A DNA stretch of 63,995 nt, counting the filler, from Hausera hauseri (lineage: Eukaryota): NCBI GenBank assembly GCA_046269625.1. It is 12 parts of 12 records of this genome, joined end to end, with 100 filler letters (N's around TTAATTAATTAA, not from the genome) between each part and the next. Parts side by side here need not be neighbours in the genome. Positions count along the whole stretch, not along the records: positions 5,249 to 11,525 come from JBJURY010117987.1; positions 11,626 to 15,894 come from JBJURY010666775.1; positions 15,995 to 21,686 come from JBJURY010205634.1; positions 21,787 to 25,970 come from JBJURY010714326.1; 8 more parts are not named here. One strand, given 5' to 3'. This document shows positions 11,422 through 24,116 of the stretch, one piece after another. Numbering within the stretch: the stretch's first letter is position 1; each line of letters opens with the position of its first letter. The notes under the pieces were generated by a model. It worked only from the letters and a program-made list of their open reading frames with translations, made no database searches and was not told the origin of the DNA. The position numbers and the translations under genes are program-made.

Positions 11422-12339
11422 TCTGTTACATAATTTATTTCTAACTCTAAGCAATGGTGTTATAAGAATTACATTTTTCCAAAAATTGCACGAACAAGGA
11501 AATGAAATTTACGGCTAGTTCAGGGNNNNNNNNNNNNNNNNNNNNNNNNNNNNNNNNNNNNNNNNNNNNTTAATTAATTAANNNNNNNNNNNNNNNNNNN
11601 NNNNNNNNNNNNNNNNNNNNNNNNNAATGTTTGTAATGCATTTCGACTATTCTATATAGTATAATTTTTGATTTTTGACATTTTCTCGGTATTCAAGAAT
11701 AATGCAAATTTTATTAATAAGCTTTGGATGAACCAAGGAAATTCAATAAATAAAAATATATATATATGCGTTACAATCATTTACAATGAACACTAATTTA
11801 CTTCTAAATTGTGTATAGCAAGGTACTTTTGTATGTTGAATTTAAATATGTAAATTATTCTCGCTCTTATTCAGAAATTTCTGAGTTCTGGATAACAAAA
11901 TAATTGTGTTATCGGTACTTCTTGCACAAGTAATTCCCAAATTTGAAACCAATAAATACACAAGAGTGCGATATTTTTATTAGAAAAACATTTAAAAAAT
12001 GATATACAGATATTAATTATACATAATTATAATTGTATATATACCTGGATTTACAAGTTCCACGATCTGTGAGCTACGCAATGTCATAATGATGAAGTAT
12101 AAGAAAAATGTTCGCTATCACGCGAACTGAACAGTATTTCCAATACAAGATATGCACGATGGCAATGAAGAAATACGTTTACAAACATTTCTACACGTGT
12201 CATATTGCAATATTTTGATGCGTATCTAGATTGGATTCTACCTCATCTTGGACAGGTGGTGGAGCACGTTTTATTCCTTGTTCAATTGCCATTTTGTGCA
12301 GAACGTTTGCAACTTCGTGTTTAAGTTTTTTTTGCAATA

Positions 12340-12615
12340 TTGAAGAGTATTATTTTCTATCACCTTGGCCGAACGTTCAGGTAACTTCATTATTCCATTC
12401 CTCCAAAAGGTTTTGTCTTTGCTCTGGAAAAACTCATCCAAGTGAATTTGGGTGTTTTCCAAAGATTGGCAATTTTTTCAATTTAGAGAATTTTGAAAGG
12501 AGCGGAACAAATGAAAATCAGAAGATGCCAAGTCTGGACTATATGGAGGGTGAGTCAAGACATCCCACGAAAACTCCACCAAATTTCTGTACGGCGCTTA
12601 CGGATGTATGAGGTC
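12340..12615 (-). mobile_element. mariner transposase C-terminal remnant
   Basis: WDVLTHPPYSPDLASSDFHLFRS...FFQSKDKTFWRNGIMKLPER. Confidence 0.85.
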
Positions 12616-12631
12616 TCGTACGTAATCGATA

Positions 12632-12700
12632 CTGTGGTGCCCACCATGCATTTTGGTCCCTGGCCCATTTTGGCCTGGCACAGCCGGTTGCAGTGTTTCC
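12632..12700 (+). repeat. LTR 5' fragment related to the Gypsy family in contigs 10-12
   Basis: TGTGGTGCCCAC...GGCCCATT...GGCAC.GCCG matches the LTR starts at 53890 and 63644. Confidence 0.6.
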
Positions 12701-12816
12701 GTCCTAACGGTGTCGCTGACCGGAGTCAGATTTATCCACCCTCGGAGGGCTTTGCTGTTGGATGACCTTATACAAATTGTTATAACTGCATGAGATTTTA
12801 TTTTGAATGAGATCAC

Positions 12817-13023
12817 ATGGGGTTGTCGAATAAGAGGACAAACTTAGGCGTATTTATCGTTTTGATTGTTAACGTCATTTGGGTTTTGTCATCGGAACTA
12901 ATATCGTACATTTTCCAAACAGAAAATTTTGTTAAACCATTCCTTTCGGAATATTTGGAAAGTTCCATGTTATCGGTTAATTTTCAGTCATACAATGAAA
13001 AATGTGAATACAGTGGAAGATAA
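12817..13023 (+). pseudogene. SLC35F5: SLC35F5-like transporter N-terminal fragment
   Basis: LGVFIVLIVNVIWVLSSELISYIF...KPFLS matches the SLC35F5 TM1 pattern V.VIWV.SSEL..Y.F...KPF. Truncated. Confidence 0.65.
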
Positions 13024-13049
13024 GGATTACATTTTGATCAGGAACGTGA

Positions 13050-14420
13050 ATTGCCGGCACTTATTCGTTCTTGTAAATCCAAAGTTGATTTCAAATTAAT
13101 TTAAAGTTTCTTCGATAATTTCCCGTTCAAAGAAACGAAAGTTTTGTTCAATATTATGATATTTGACGGAAAACATTGCCAGTGATTCACCATCTGAAAC
13201 ATTTTCGTGAACTTTGACGGTATCTGGTTTTTTTTGAATTTGTAATTCATTGTCATCTTTGACAAATACTTCAAATGCATTTGTTATGGATAGATTTCCT
13301 TTATCTGTGGCAGTAATGTTTAACGATATTGACAAATCTTGTTCATAATTCGTATTAGTATATTGGACGTAACAGGAGTCCCATCTGAATATAAGATATA
13401 CTACTATTTGGCTTGTAGATTCGCAGTCAATGATGTTTATTTGACAGGTTGCCTGATTGGAAATAGAAAAATTTCTCGGGGATCATTTGAATTCAAGATG
13501 TCCGTTTCAAAAGATTTTCTTACTGTTAAATAGCCATTTCGGTTTTATTCATAATTCCAAATCATTGTCGGATTTGATTGATTACTAACTAGCCAACCAC
13601 TAGACGGGTGAAGGATCGACCAAAAAGGGCCACGAAGGGAAGTGTTCCTGTCTACCGGTACCGGGTGACAAATAAATTTCCAGGATTGTGGTGATGCCTA
13701 CAGCCCGGCCACCACAATCGGACATTTGCCGAACTCATTCGACCTTTAATTTCGGTTTTACCTGCTTGTTTAAATATTCCAAAAATTTATGATGTCAAAT
13801 CTTGGACATTTTGTTGTACAATTGATTTATTGGAAAATTTACAATTGCTGTTAGCTATATTGCCAAAAATATATTTATCAGAATTCGCCACTTATTTCGA
13901 TATTTTCCATGTTACAATTTTATATTTCAAATACCCAAAAAAGATTTGATTTGAGAAAATCTCCCTTTCAATTTCTCTAGTTGTCTAATACAACTAGATC
14001 GTGCGTTCAAAATCATTGTAAATAAGAGGAAGAGTCGGCCAGTGTGTCTGCTGGTAAGTCACGGTAACCCACAAGTTCCCGTATAGTTAAATAGAGTTTA
14101 AATGTTAAGGTCGAAAGACCCGAACTATCTTTGACCTCTAAACGGAACAATATTATTGTTGTTTTAAAATCTCCTGCAGTAATTCGATTTGCACGCAGTA
14201 CACGCACGTAAAACATTCTGAGGTTCGTAGTGAAATGCCATAGTCACTTTTAAAACATTGTATTTAATTTCTGCTATTGTACCTTTAATATTTGTTGCTA
14301 TTTGTCGAGAAATAGTCAACAGAAATGAAGAATTGATTTTACTTACTATGGTGATGAAGTATAACAATGTACCAAAAAATTTATCGAGAAAATTCAAAAT
14401 GTCGTTAGCAATAATACAAT
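13050..14420 (-). pseudogene. Degenerate cadherin-repeat fragments
   Basis: LNITATDKGNLS...VFVKDDNE...VKVHEN and LEVKDSSGLST, broken by stops and frameshifts. Confidence 0.55.
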
Positions 14421-16446
14421 ATATGGCATTTAGATCAAATATTTACATTCTTTTAATATAAATAATAATTAATAACTGGAATTTTGAGGATTGAAATACG
14501 GTAAAATCTATCAAATACACACATCAATAACATAATGTTAAAAATAAGACTAATCGATTTTGACACCATTTGGATATATTCCTCTACACTACTTAATATA
14601 ATCAAAATGCCAGATAATATAATAAGCATGATTTAAAAAATTATTTCAACTGATGAAATATTGATTTATTTATTATTGATTTTCATAAATTCAATATTCA
14701 AAATCAATATTATTATATAAATAGAAATTAACTGCTAGAATCATTTTATTGTTTATGTGTTATTGAAATTTTTGAAAATTAATTATTACTACTATTGTGT
14801 TTTGCGGATTCACGAGATTTCCAAAACATTTCTGAGGGTTGAAATAAATATTAATTTTATATAAGATATTGGTATGTGTGTGTGTAGAAAGGTGAAAAAT
14901 GTTGACTTAACTTCAGCTTTCTGCTAGCTGAGTTTACGTTTGTTACATTGAAAAATAAAGAAAATCAAATAACAAATATATTAACAAAGAAAACCCAAAA
15001 ATAAATACTTACAAATTGGACAATTCGCATAAAAAACCATGTTCAAAAGACTTTCAAATCAATGTTCAAAAAGTGTTCTTGTAATTTTTGGCGTTTTATC
15101 TGCCATTTAAGTTCAGTATTTATACCCCTTTTTCTGATATAATTTTAGTAACAAAACGGTCGTAGAAAATGTACTAACGGCAAAACTATGTTAACCCCAA
15201 AGAAGCATCTTTATACAAAATTAAGCACATTGTGCATATACGCAACATATATATGTTGAATACTGAGTATTAGTGAGAGTAAAAGTACACATCAGTTGAT
15301 AGCCGAGTAAGAATATTAGTGGAAATTTTCTACCCTGGTTTTATCACCAAAAATAGCCTTACTAATTCTGCCATAGAATTTCATAGTAGAAAATTTTCTA
15401 CCCCCAAATCACTGTTAAAAATAGAAGTAGATTAAATATAAATATTTGAATACAAATAGATTTGAAGAACAACAAAATAACAATTCAAGAAGTTTCACTG
15501 AATTTATTTCATGATGGTTAATGAATATGTTGAATCAAATTGAATCGCAGTAAAAGGATACTAGACTGTTAATTCAATTGTTGATAAATTTTATTCATTG
15601 TGGTTTATTTGTTATTAATATAGTTTTGCGTTATATTTAATTTTTTGTTCTAAGTAAAAGTGTAGACACAGTTAGCAGAAAACTGTAGTCAATTAATCCA
15701 TATCTTATTCCATATACATTTCACAAAACTTTGACACACAATTAACTTGTTTAACCCTTAGAAAGATTTTATTTGTTTGCTAGCTATATTCCAACGTATT
15801 CTTATAAATACATATTGTTTTGGCTAATTGGAATAGCTTGCAAAAAACACAATACGCGAAACAAAATCACGTTTTCCGTAGATGAAAATTAGCTNNNNNN
15901 NNNNNNNNNNNNNNNNNNNNNNNNNNNNNNNNNNNNNNTTAATTAATTAANNNNNNNNNNNNNNNNNNNNNNNNNNNNNNNNNNNNNNNNNNNNGCGTAT
16001 GGTGCAATGCGAATTATGCGGAGTACGACAACACATTGATCGCGTGTACACCCATCCTCGTCATGTGTAGAATTTTTTATGCATGGTCAGGCAAATAAAT
16101 TAATTGATTTTCTGCCATTTTGGATTTTTTGAATTTCATTTCCCAATTAGCCATAGTTAACATTTGTTTTATTTGAATTTCGAATCATTTTACGTACCGG
16201 ATATTTATTTGATCACTTCATAAATTAGATAACTACAATCGTTTGGATTATTCTCTCGTTGCAGATATTTATCATTTAACAATAAAATGGTGTCAGAAAA
16301 CTCTCAAACTTCCACATCGAATGCGTCTAGAAATCCCAGAGATTATGAAGTTCATTTTCGAGGATTTTCTGCTCTGAAGCTAATATTTAATCTCGAACCA
16401 AGTCCACACACTTCCTTTAGTTTGTAAAATAATAAAAAGGCTCGTT

Positions 16447-18507
16447 TTGATAATCGATTGGCTTGATTTACGCTTCATGCCAAATGATTACTCGTCAATG
16501 AGAAGTACCATGCTTAAACATATTCTGAAAATGGAGTCGTCTGTTATTTGTAAACCTGTAAAGGATGGCAGATTGCCGGTGTCGTCATTTTCACAGAGAA
16601 ATACGATGTCAATCAAAAATCTCAGATTCCAACAGCCCATATCATTACATGATGTGTCTAAATATAGTTTAGTGGATTTGATTTGGCTTTGTTGTAAAGT
16701 AGAACTGAGCAATCAAGCTTCAACTTATGATCGAGATGTGTTATTGAACTATTCGTCGGAAGTTATTTTAGAACCATTCGTTGATATGATCCAGTTTTTA
16801 ATGAAATTGCTTTTTTATGATAATCCAACTATTAAAATATTTGGAGTAACCAAACTTTTGAACCTGATACAACAGTGCATGGACGTTGACAACCAATTGA
16901 TGTGGATGGGATACACTGGATGCTATAGTGTTCATTTGTCTAGACATCTTGATCAGAAAATTTTGACTAAAATATTTTCACCTAACCAACATCCGGAAGT
17001 GACAAGAATTGCCGAACCAATTCTGAAGTATTTTAATTTTCTCGAAAATAGAGCCCTTCAAAATGTTTCTTCAATCGCTCGATCCTATAAAGTGATTTGT
17101 GGTAACCAGGATTCAAACAAAACCCATGTACATTATAAACAGACAGCTGCCGAAACGTCATGCAAATCCATGATTGGAGTCGAATATTTTAAATATTTTA
17201 TAATGCAATGTGGACTTCACGCCATGATTGCTTTCAACATGGAAGTGTTAAATAAACTTCCTACCGAAGAAATAACGGACGAGACGTTGTATTTCAGTCT
17301 AATTTTAAGCAAACAAATGTGGTTATTTCATTTAAAATCCGAATTGATGGTACAAAAACGAAATGAAATTGACTCTACTAGCAGCACCGAACAAAAAGAT
17401 TCGCAATTCATGAGTGATATGTCTTGTCAACTCATAATGCCCCATGATGATTGTAACTCTGATTATCAGTCAAACTATCATCCAATGGTCCAAGTATCCG
17501 AGAGGCCGGCATCACATGAAACATCATGGGGAAGTAAGAAGAATATGTCGATTGACGATGAGACATTTTCCGACGCATTACTGAATTCACCGTCTATTTG
17601 TCAATCCGATCTTATTCAGAATTTTAATAGCACTCCCGCTGATGATGATTTTTCTACGTTGGTGGAAAATAAATTACCCAGCATCAATAAATCGAAAGAA
17701 ATTAACGATTCGTCAAATTATTTCAGAGAATTTGACAGTGACGTTGATGCAGAAGAGACGTTGTATCATAATAAATGTAATTGGTCAAAATGGCCTACAG
17801 CGATTCCAGAATATGTAATTTTCAATGAAAAAGCAGCTAGAAAACGCAAACATGATTGTGATAAAGAATGATTTATGTGTAAAAACACTGATTCAAAATC
17901 GAAAATAATGAAAAAAGGAGACAACAACAATGAATTCCCTGATGTTCAGTTACCGAAAAGTCAGGAAGTTGAAGATTTAATGGTTAAATCCGCTAATAGT
18001 CGACAATTGAAACGGTCAAATTCTGTTCCAAATTTAATGTCCAGTGGTGAAAAAATAATGGTGCTACTGTCACAACTAAAAAATCCAAATTTATCAGTAA
18101 TTACGACTCCAAGAGTCGCGAAGTAATCAATAATAATTTCCTTCAGCGAATTCATCAATATAATCCGAGTCTTCCAAATAGTGGTTCAGATTTGCGATGC
18201 CAATTCAAGCAATAATTTCAGCGAATGTAATCAAAGTCAATCTAGCAACATTCAAAAGGATTCAAACTTGTTTCCAAACATGGATCCAAGTTTATATATT
18301 TGTGACGATAAGTACGCCAAGAAAAAGTCATCATTGTTTTTTGAGAAATCTCAGAGTGGAAATAATCAAGAAATAAAGTTTCCAAATTTCATAATTCGTA
18401 GCCCAAAAAAACTTCGTTTATATCAACAGTTTCTGCGAAATGATAACTTCAATAATGTGCGTAATAAAATTTGTTTAGATGTCTGCTGTGTCATAAGAAG
18501 GATCTGA
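16447..18507 (+). pseudogene. Long reading frame of unknown function interrupted by in-frame stops
   Basis: ORFs 16447-17871, 17875-18126 and 18181-18507 share one frame and are separated by single stops. No domain recognised. Confidence 0.5.
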
Positions 18508-19413
18508 TATTCGAAAGCTAGAATTAACAAGTGTTATTGGATATAATGGTACGATCCCGGGTGGTCTGATTGTTCATCCAGACAGATTGAATTTGATTTA
18601 TGGATTAGGCTGCACTGTCGTTATTGAAGATCTTAATGACAAAAGTCAGACGTTCCTCCAAGGGCATACAAATAACATTTAGATTGTCTGTGTACCATCG
18701 GGAAAGTATATCGCATCAGGCCAGATCACGCATATGGAATACAAATCAGATTTTCTTTTGTGGGATTATGTGAACAAGAATTGTCTTTCAACATTCACAC
18801 TACAAAAAGGTAAGTACAAGGATTGACGTTTAAACTTAATGAAAAATATTTGGCATCTCTTGGTAGCCAAGACGACGGATGTGTGATTATTTGGTCTCTT
18901 GGGAAACTTGAAGCAATTTGTGGCAGTCCAGCTCAACACAAAAGCGCTGGTATCACCGGATGTATAGCGTATTCGAATACGAACGACGATGTGTTTGTCA
19001 CTGGTGGCGAAAATACTCTTCGAGTTTGTGAGTTTGATGTTGAAAATCGAAAAATACGACCGACTGAATGCTCAATCGGAAAAATTAAGAGATCAATCAA
19101 ATGCATTTTTATATCTCAAGACGACTGTGTATTCTGTTGTGGCATGTCAGCACATGATGTTTTGTGTGACCATATGAAATCACACCTACTAACCTGTATT
19201 GGACCCAAAAAAGATGTTTTCAGTTTAGGTGTGGTGTCAATTATCTATTTGCTAACCGGAGATTTACATATTGGGGCAGGTGATGGAACCATCAGTCTCC
19301 TAAAAGTTACACAGAAAAAAGTCAACAATAAATCAATCCAGAAAATATTCCGACCGATGTTACTTCAGTTGGTGGCAAAGTACTTTAAGGCGAATTCAGA
19401 ACCTTTGGTTTAA
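18479..19413 (+). pseudogene. CFAP52: CFAP52/WDR16 5'-half pseudogene, intronless
   Basis: LELTSVIGYNGTIPGGLIVHPD..LIYGLGCTVVI...FLQGHTNNI, YIASGQITHM, YLASLGSQDDG, RKIRPTEC. Stop at codon 6, further lesions, 3' truncated. Confidence 0.88.
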
Positions 19414-19964
19414 ATAATATTCTTCACGTTACAAATGATCATTTTCCGACAATTCTACCGCCGAAGTTTACACTGGTTACTTTGGAATTATGTCAATGGT
19501 TAGTGAAAAAAGAGAGAAACACGAACGTGGATTTCAAAATTGCATCGTAAGTGAATAAAAGAAATAAAACGGAAATAATCATGTGCACAACACGAACTTT
19601 AGGATGACGAAGTCGTTTGGCAAGCTGCAGTTTACGCTATAAATACTGATGTTAGTGTAATGGCAATGAAAATAAATGCTATTCTGCCCATGGAAAAGTA
19701 AAGGAGAGTATTGAACATTGGCTATTGAAACCTTTAATAGTAATATTTACGTACAAGAACTCTTCAATAAAAGTCATTAAACGAATCTTGCACCCTTTAG
19801 AAAAATAGTTTGACGACAGTAGTGGGAAGTGTGGGCTCCACCGCACTTCTCTGATTGGTCAGTCGACCAGTTTTCTTCACCTGACTGGCTATGTCCAGCA
19901 TTTCAAAAATTTTTTCACCACCTCCTCTTCCGTAGGAACAAGCTTTGGACATCGGACCGACTCA

Positions 19965-20920
19965 AATCGGTAGAGCGCGATGAGCTGAGCAAAAGTTAAT
20001 AGCGGTGCGGCTTACAGAAATATAATGGACAGGCACTAGAAGGGGAAGAAGCAAAACAGGAAATGCGAAACATGTAAGGCAAAACATGTTGCTAGCACTG
20101 AGAAAATGTGTACAAAGGGTAAACCGATGTTGGCGAATCCAATGGACACGGTTGAAACTCAATCAGATCATGGGAACATGGGGAAAAATCGATGGGAAAA
20201 TTTTAAACGGGGAAAATTTCCCCTTACATAAGTCAAACGGCGGTGGAAATGCGTTGAGATCATAGCCCATCAGTAGTTGAGCATTTCATATTATATCCGC
20301 CTCACGATCAGATGAAAAGATCCTGGTAAAAATGGCAACCGAACGAACAACCGAACCGAAGAAACGCATTGTTAAAAGTCTATGTCCAAATCATATAATA
20401 GGTAGAAGTGTCCGCTCCACCCCCGATCCCAGAAAGTGCTTAGATGGACCAGAAACATAGTTTTTCCCACCTATCTCCCAATTCTAAGCATTTCATGTTT
20501 TGTTGTCGGAACCCCCCCCAGGATTGGAAGCACATGTCATGAGTCGCACATGTAACCGACGGAAATCGGTAGAGCTCGATGAGCCGAGAAAACTTTTATA
20601 GCGCGGCCAGAGTCAAAAAGTTTACTGGAGGGCGCTAGAAGCAAAAGAAGCGAAACAGGAAATTTTTATGAGAAACGAGACACGAGTTACGAATTGTGCA
20701 ATGTTTGGTGCAAATGTCAAACCAATGTCGGGGAATCGAATGCGCGCACAATTTCAACTCGGTCTGACCATGGAAACCTGGGGAAAAGTCAGTGGTAAAA
20801 TTTCGAACGGAGAAAAATCCCACTTTGGCAAGTTAACTGGTGGTGGAAAGTGTTTGAGCAGATAGCCGAAAAGGAGTTCAGCATTTCATTTTCTAAGCGC
20901 CTTACGATCAGACGATTGTA
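19965..20920 (+). repeat. Two diverged direct repeats (~350 bp, ~600 bp apart)
   Basis: AAATCGGTAGAGC(G/T)CGATGAGC.GAG...CTAGAAG...AAACAGGAAAT...GGTGGAAA...GCATTTCAT...ACGATCAGA occurs at ~19965-20320 and ~20564-20920. Confidence 0.75.
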
Positions 20921-21268
20921 AGTTGGTGAAAAACGCGTTGGTTGGCTGGTTTGGTGTAAAAAATCAAAATCAAAATCATCATCATCATCAAAATCACAAA
21001 ATGCAAATCGTAAAAATTTCGACTTTTTGTCATCGTCATCATCATCATCGTGAGCACAGGTACGACGAGTTGACATGTGCAATGGTGAGGCGTAACGTGA
21101 AACAAGTGTGCGTTACGCGCCAGACACGCCTGCATGCAAAACAAAATAATGAGTTGTGACGTGTGTGTGTGTGCGTGTAGCAAAGGGACGTCGAAGTGAT
21201 GGCAATAATAACATATGTGTAACAAAATACTGTATATCTCTCAAAATGAACACAAAGTACAATCATTT

Positions 21269-21595
21269 TTATCCAAGTGTCTGTAACGTTAGCCACAGTA
21301 AACAATAATGTCCACACAATACGGTCAGTGTATGCTGATAATGAAATCGATTGTATTCAACACGATATAACGATGGTGATTGTCTTTTAATTTGAGAAAC
21401 TAACGATGACGGGTAGTAAAATCCGAGCGGATCGAATACTCTGGCGACGTTGGTCGGATGGTGGTCGTACACAACAATCCAATATTCGCCCGGCAACGAT
21501 GACGTGTGTGTATTGACAATAAAGTCACCGCCACCAGTTTTGTCGTAAATCACGCGGCACACCATAAAGTGGAAACACGCCACGAAATTTCGCAC
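21269..21595 (-). mobile_element. Polinton/Maverick adenain-like cysteine protease, catalytic His mutated
   Basis: FIVNTHTSSLPGEYW...FDPLG...YN..HYQ....LCGHYC matches the Polinton PRO pattern N.D...PG.HW/FD..G/Q.....CG.YC. The expected His codon is TAT (21482-21484). Confidence 0.8.
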
Positions 21596-21894
21596 CCAAG
21601 AGCAGTTTTCCGTAGTGACTGAGCTCAGTGGAGCTAAATGTGAATTAAGTATAATAGTAATAGTAGTAATAAATTACTTCATAGTANNNNNNNNNNNNNN
21701 NNNNNNNNNNNNNNNNNNNNNNNNNNNNNNTTAATTAATTAANNNNNNNNNNNNNNNNNNNNNNNNNNNNNNNNNNNNNNNNNNNNCGCCGTTGTCGAAT
21801 TAACCAATCAGCATGCGAGACGCCTGTGATTGGTCAATTGGTGCGTGGGTGGACCTCCCCCCCTCCCCCCTTGTTCCAGAACACTCTTTTTTCC

Positions 21895-24116
21895 CATACT
21901 ACCGTCAATTGTTTTATCGACTCTAATTCCATTTTCATCAATCCATCTCTAGCAGCTCGGTGGAAAGCCTCAACGGAGTTCGAAAAATTCTTTAAGCAAA
22001 TTATTGGAACATTAGTTAGCACATTGGAGTGAAGGACACTGGCAATAAGTTTGCTCAACGCTTCGGAACCGTACTTATTATCGAAATTAAATTGACTCAA
22101 ATCTCGTGTGTCAGCAGTTCTTCTGTCACCATGCGTCAGTGCGCCAAGGGATTCTAAACGTTTCGCAACGGTTGCAGCAAATCGCCGTTCTCCTGCGAGA
22201 TCAGTGATAAGAAGAACGTAATGCGGGGGAATTACTTGATTGGATCTATGAGTTCTACCGAATTGCTGAATTGCTTTTTCCGCTGACCACGGCAATTCGA
22301 TAGTTATATGGACTCGTTGGTCTTTGTTCATGAATTTCTCATCTGAATGTAAAGAAATACCGGTACTTGCAGCATCGGATATTATTGCAATACACTTTTG
22401 CTTGTTATTAAATTGATTTTTCTCTTCGATATTAACATCGGCAAGAGATCGTAATACATACTTTACCGAACCCAATCCATAATCCACCAACCGACCTTTA
22501 CGACCAGTTAATTCTGATACTACATTCGGTCCACCGAGTTGACTAATCAGGTCATCAAGGCAATTAACTGGAAGCATATTTCCCAAACATTCAATTTGAT
22601 TCAATAAATTAATTTTCTAACTATCGATGTCAGAATTTCGAATGATCATGTTGTTCATCTGTATATTACAATTAGATAAATTTTGGTATTCTGGTATTGT
22701 TAAAATAGATTTATTTGCTGCGGGATAATGTTTTAGAATTAAATCTCTAAGAATCTCTTTGGCAGTGGAAACAAATCCACTTAGACCATTAGCGTTTTCT
22801 TCATCTTCAGCCATTAGTGCATTTAGTTTTGCTTCACCCGTCGATTGCAACCCGATAACAACCGATTTGTCGTTTCCAATAGACCTATTTGCTAATTCAA
22901 CGCATTTGGAAACTTTTGCCGCAATGCAAAGATGCCTAAAAAAATCCTGATGAGCTCTCCAATATGTCGACTGGAAACTTTTTGCATCATTTAAATTCAA
23001 CTTGTTCTTTCTTTGGGCTTCTGAAAACACATTGTAAATTTTATTCCACAATTCAACGCAACATTTACAGATGTCCTTGAATCGATATCCGTTAATTTGA
23101 ACATCGTCTGTTGCCACTTCAATTATTTCAAAATTCACATCAGTATAATCCAATTGGCGAGCTAAATAAAGACCCTCGGATTTCATTTCTAATGTTAACA
23201 GTTCCATCGCACCAACTCCATGATCTGAGAGAAACTTTTCGAACTCATCAAAATCTGAAAATGCCGTATTGTATCCCCAAAGACCTAAACGAATCATGTA
23301 CTTTAAATGCTTTGGTTCCGATGCACCAGTTGCACTAGCATAAACAACTCTCGCTTGGGGTAGATGTTCCTGCAACGACTGAACGATTCGCGCTGTTTTT
23401 GTTGGATTTATCGTAGAGTTTTTTGCTTTATGGCATTCGTCAAAAACGATTAAGCCGTCGAAATTTTCTCCACACCACGCAAGAATTTGATTCAATCTGC
23501 TATTAAATTCATTATATGCTGGATTGCGTTTTTCACTTATTAATGTTGAATACGTGACGAACAATACGCCATTTTCTTGCTGTATTGTTTCATATCGTTC
23601 CGGCACAGAAAATACGTCGACAATCAGACCGACGTCTTTCAAATCTCGCTCTGCGTCTTTCATCAAACAATTACTAATGGAAACCCAAATGGCCTTCTTC
23701 CTTTCAGAAATAAGATTTTCAAATATTATTCCTGAAATTGTTCGACCTTTACCCACACCGGCACCGTCGCCTATGAAAAATCCTTTTCGACTACAATTCG
23801 GCAGAAATGTTTCGTGAATTTGACATGCGTATACTACGGCTTCTAACTGAACGTTGGATAGGCGACCATCAGAAATGATCCTCTCTGGCATCAGCAGTTG
23901 GTAATGTATATCTGGTGCTTGTTTAATTGATAATGACTTTGACTCGACAACTTTATAGGGGTGAGGTCGGCCAAGAGTAAATTTTGATGGAACGTACTCT
24001 TGAAATGCGTCGTTTAATTCTGTTTTGGTCAAATCAGCATCTGATTCAAATATCCATTGCCAGTCTTGTTTCTGGAGAACCTTTCTTTCCTGCTGTTGTT
24101 TATTTTCATTTGACAA
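21895..24116 (-). pseudogene. SBNO: Strawberry notch homologue, intronless, with nonsense stop and 3' truncation
   Basis: [70 protein letters not shown]. Both ORFs are in the same frame, split by one TAG (22617-22619). Homology ends near 21900. Confidence 0.93.

Noticed and set aside
17869-17871. In-frame TGA suggesting selenocysteine or an alternative genetic code
   Set aside because: The same frame also has a TAA stop, the neighbouring CFAP52 is clearly decayed, and intact genes use the standard code.
19965-20920. Repeats as a CRISPR-like array
   Set aside because: Only two long diverged units in a eukaryotic context, with no repeat-spacer periodicity.
20960-21050. His/Asp-rich ORFs from ATC/CAT repeats
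   Set aside because: Simple trinucleotide low-complexity sequence with no coding evidence.
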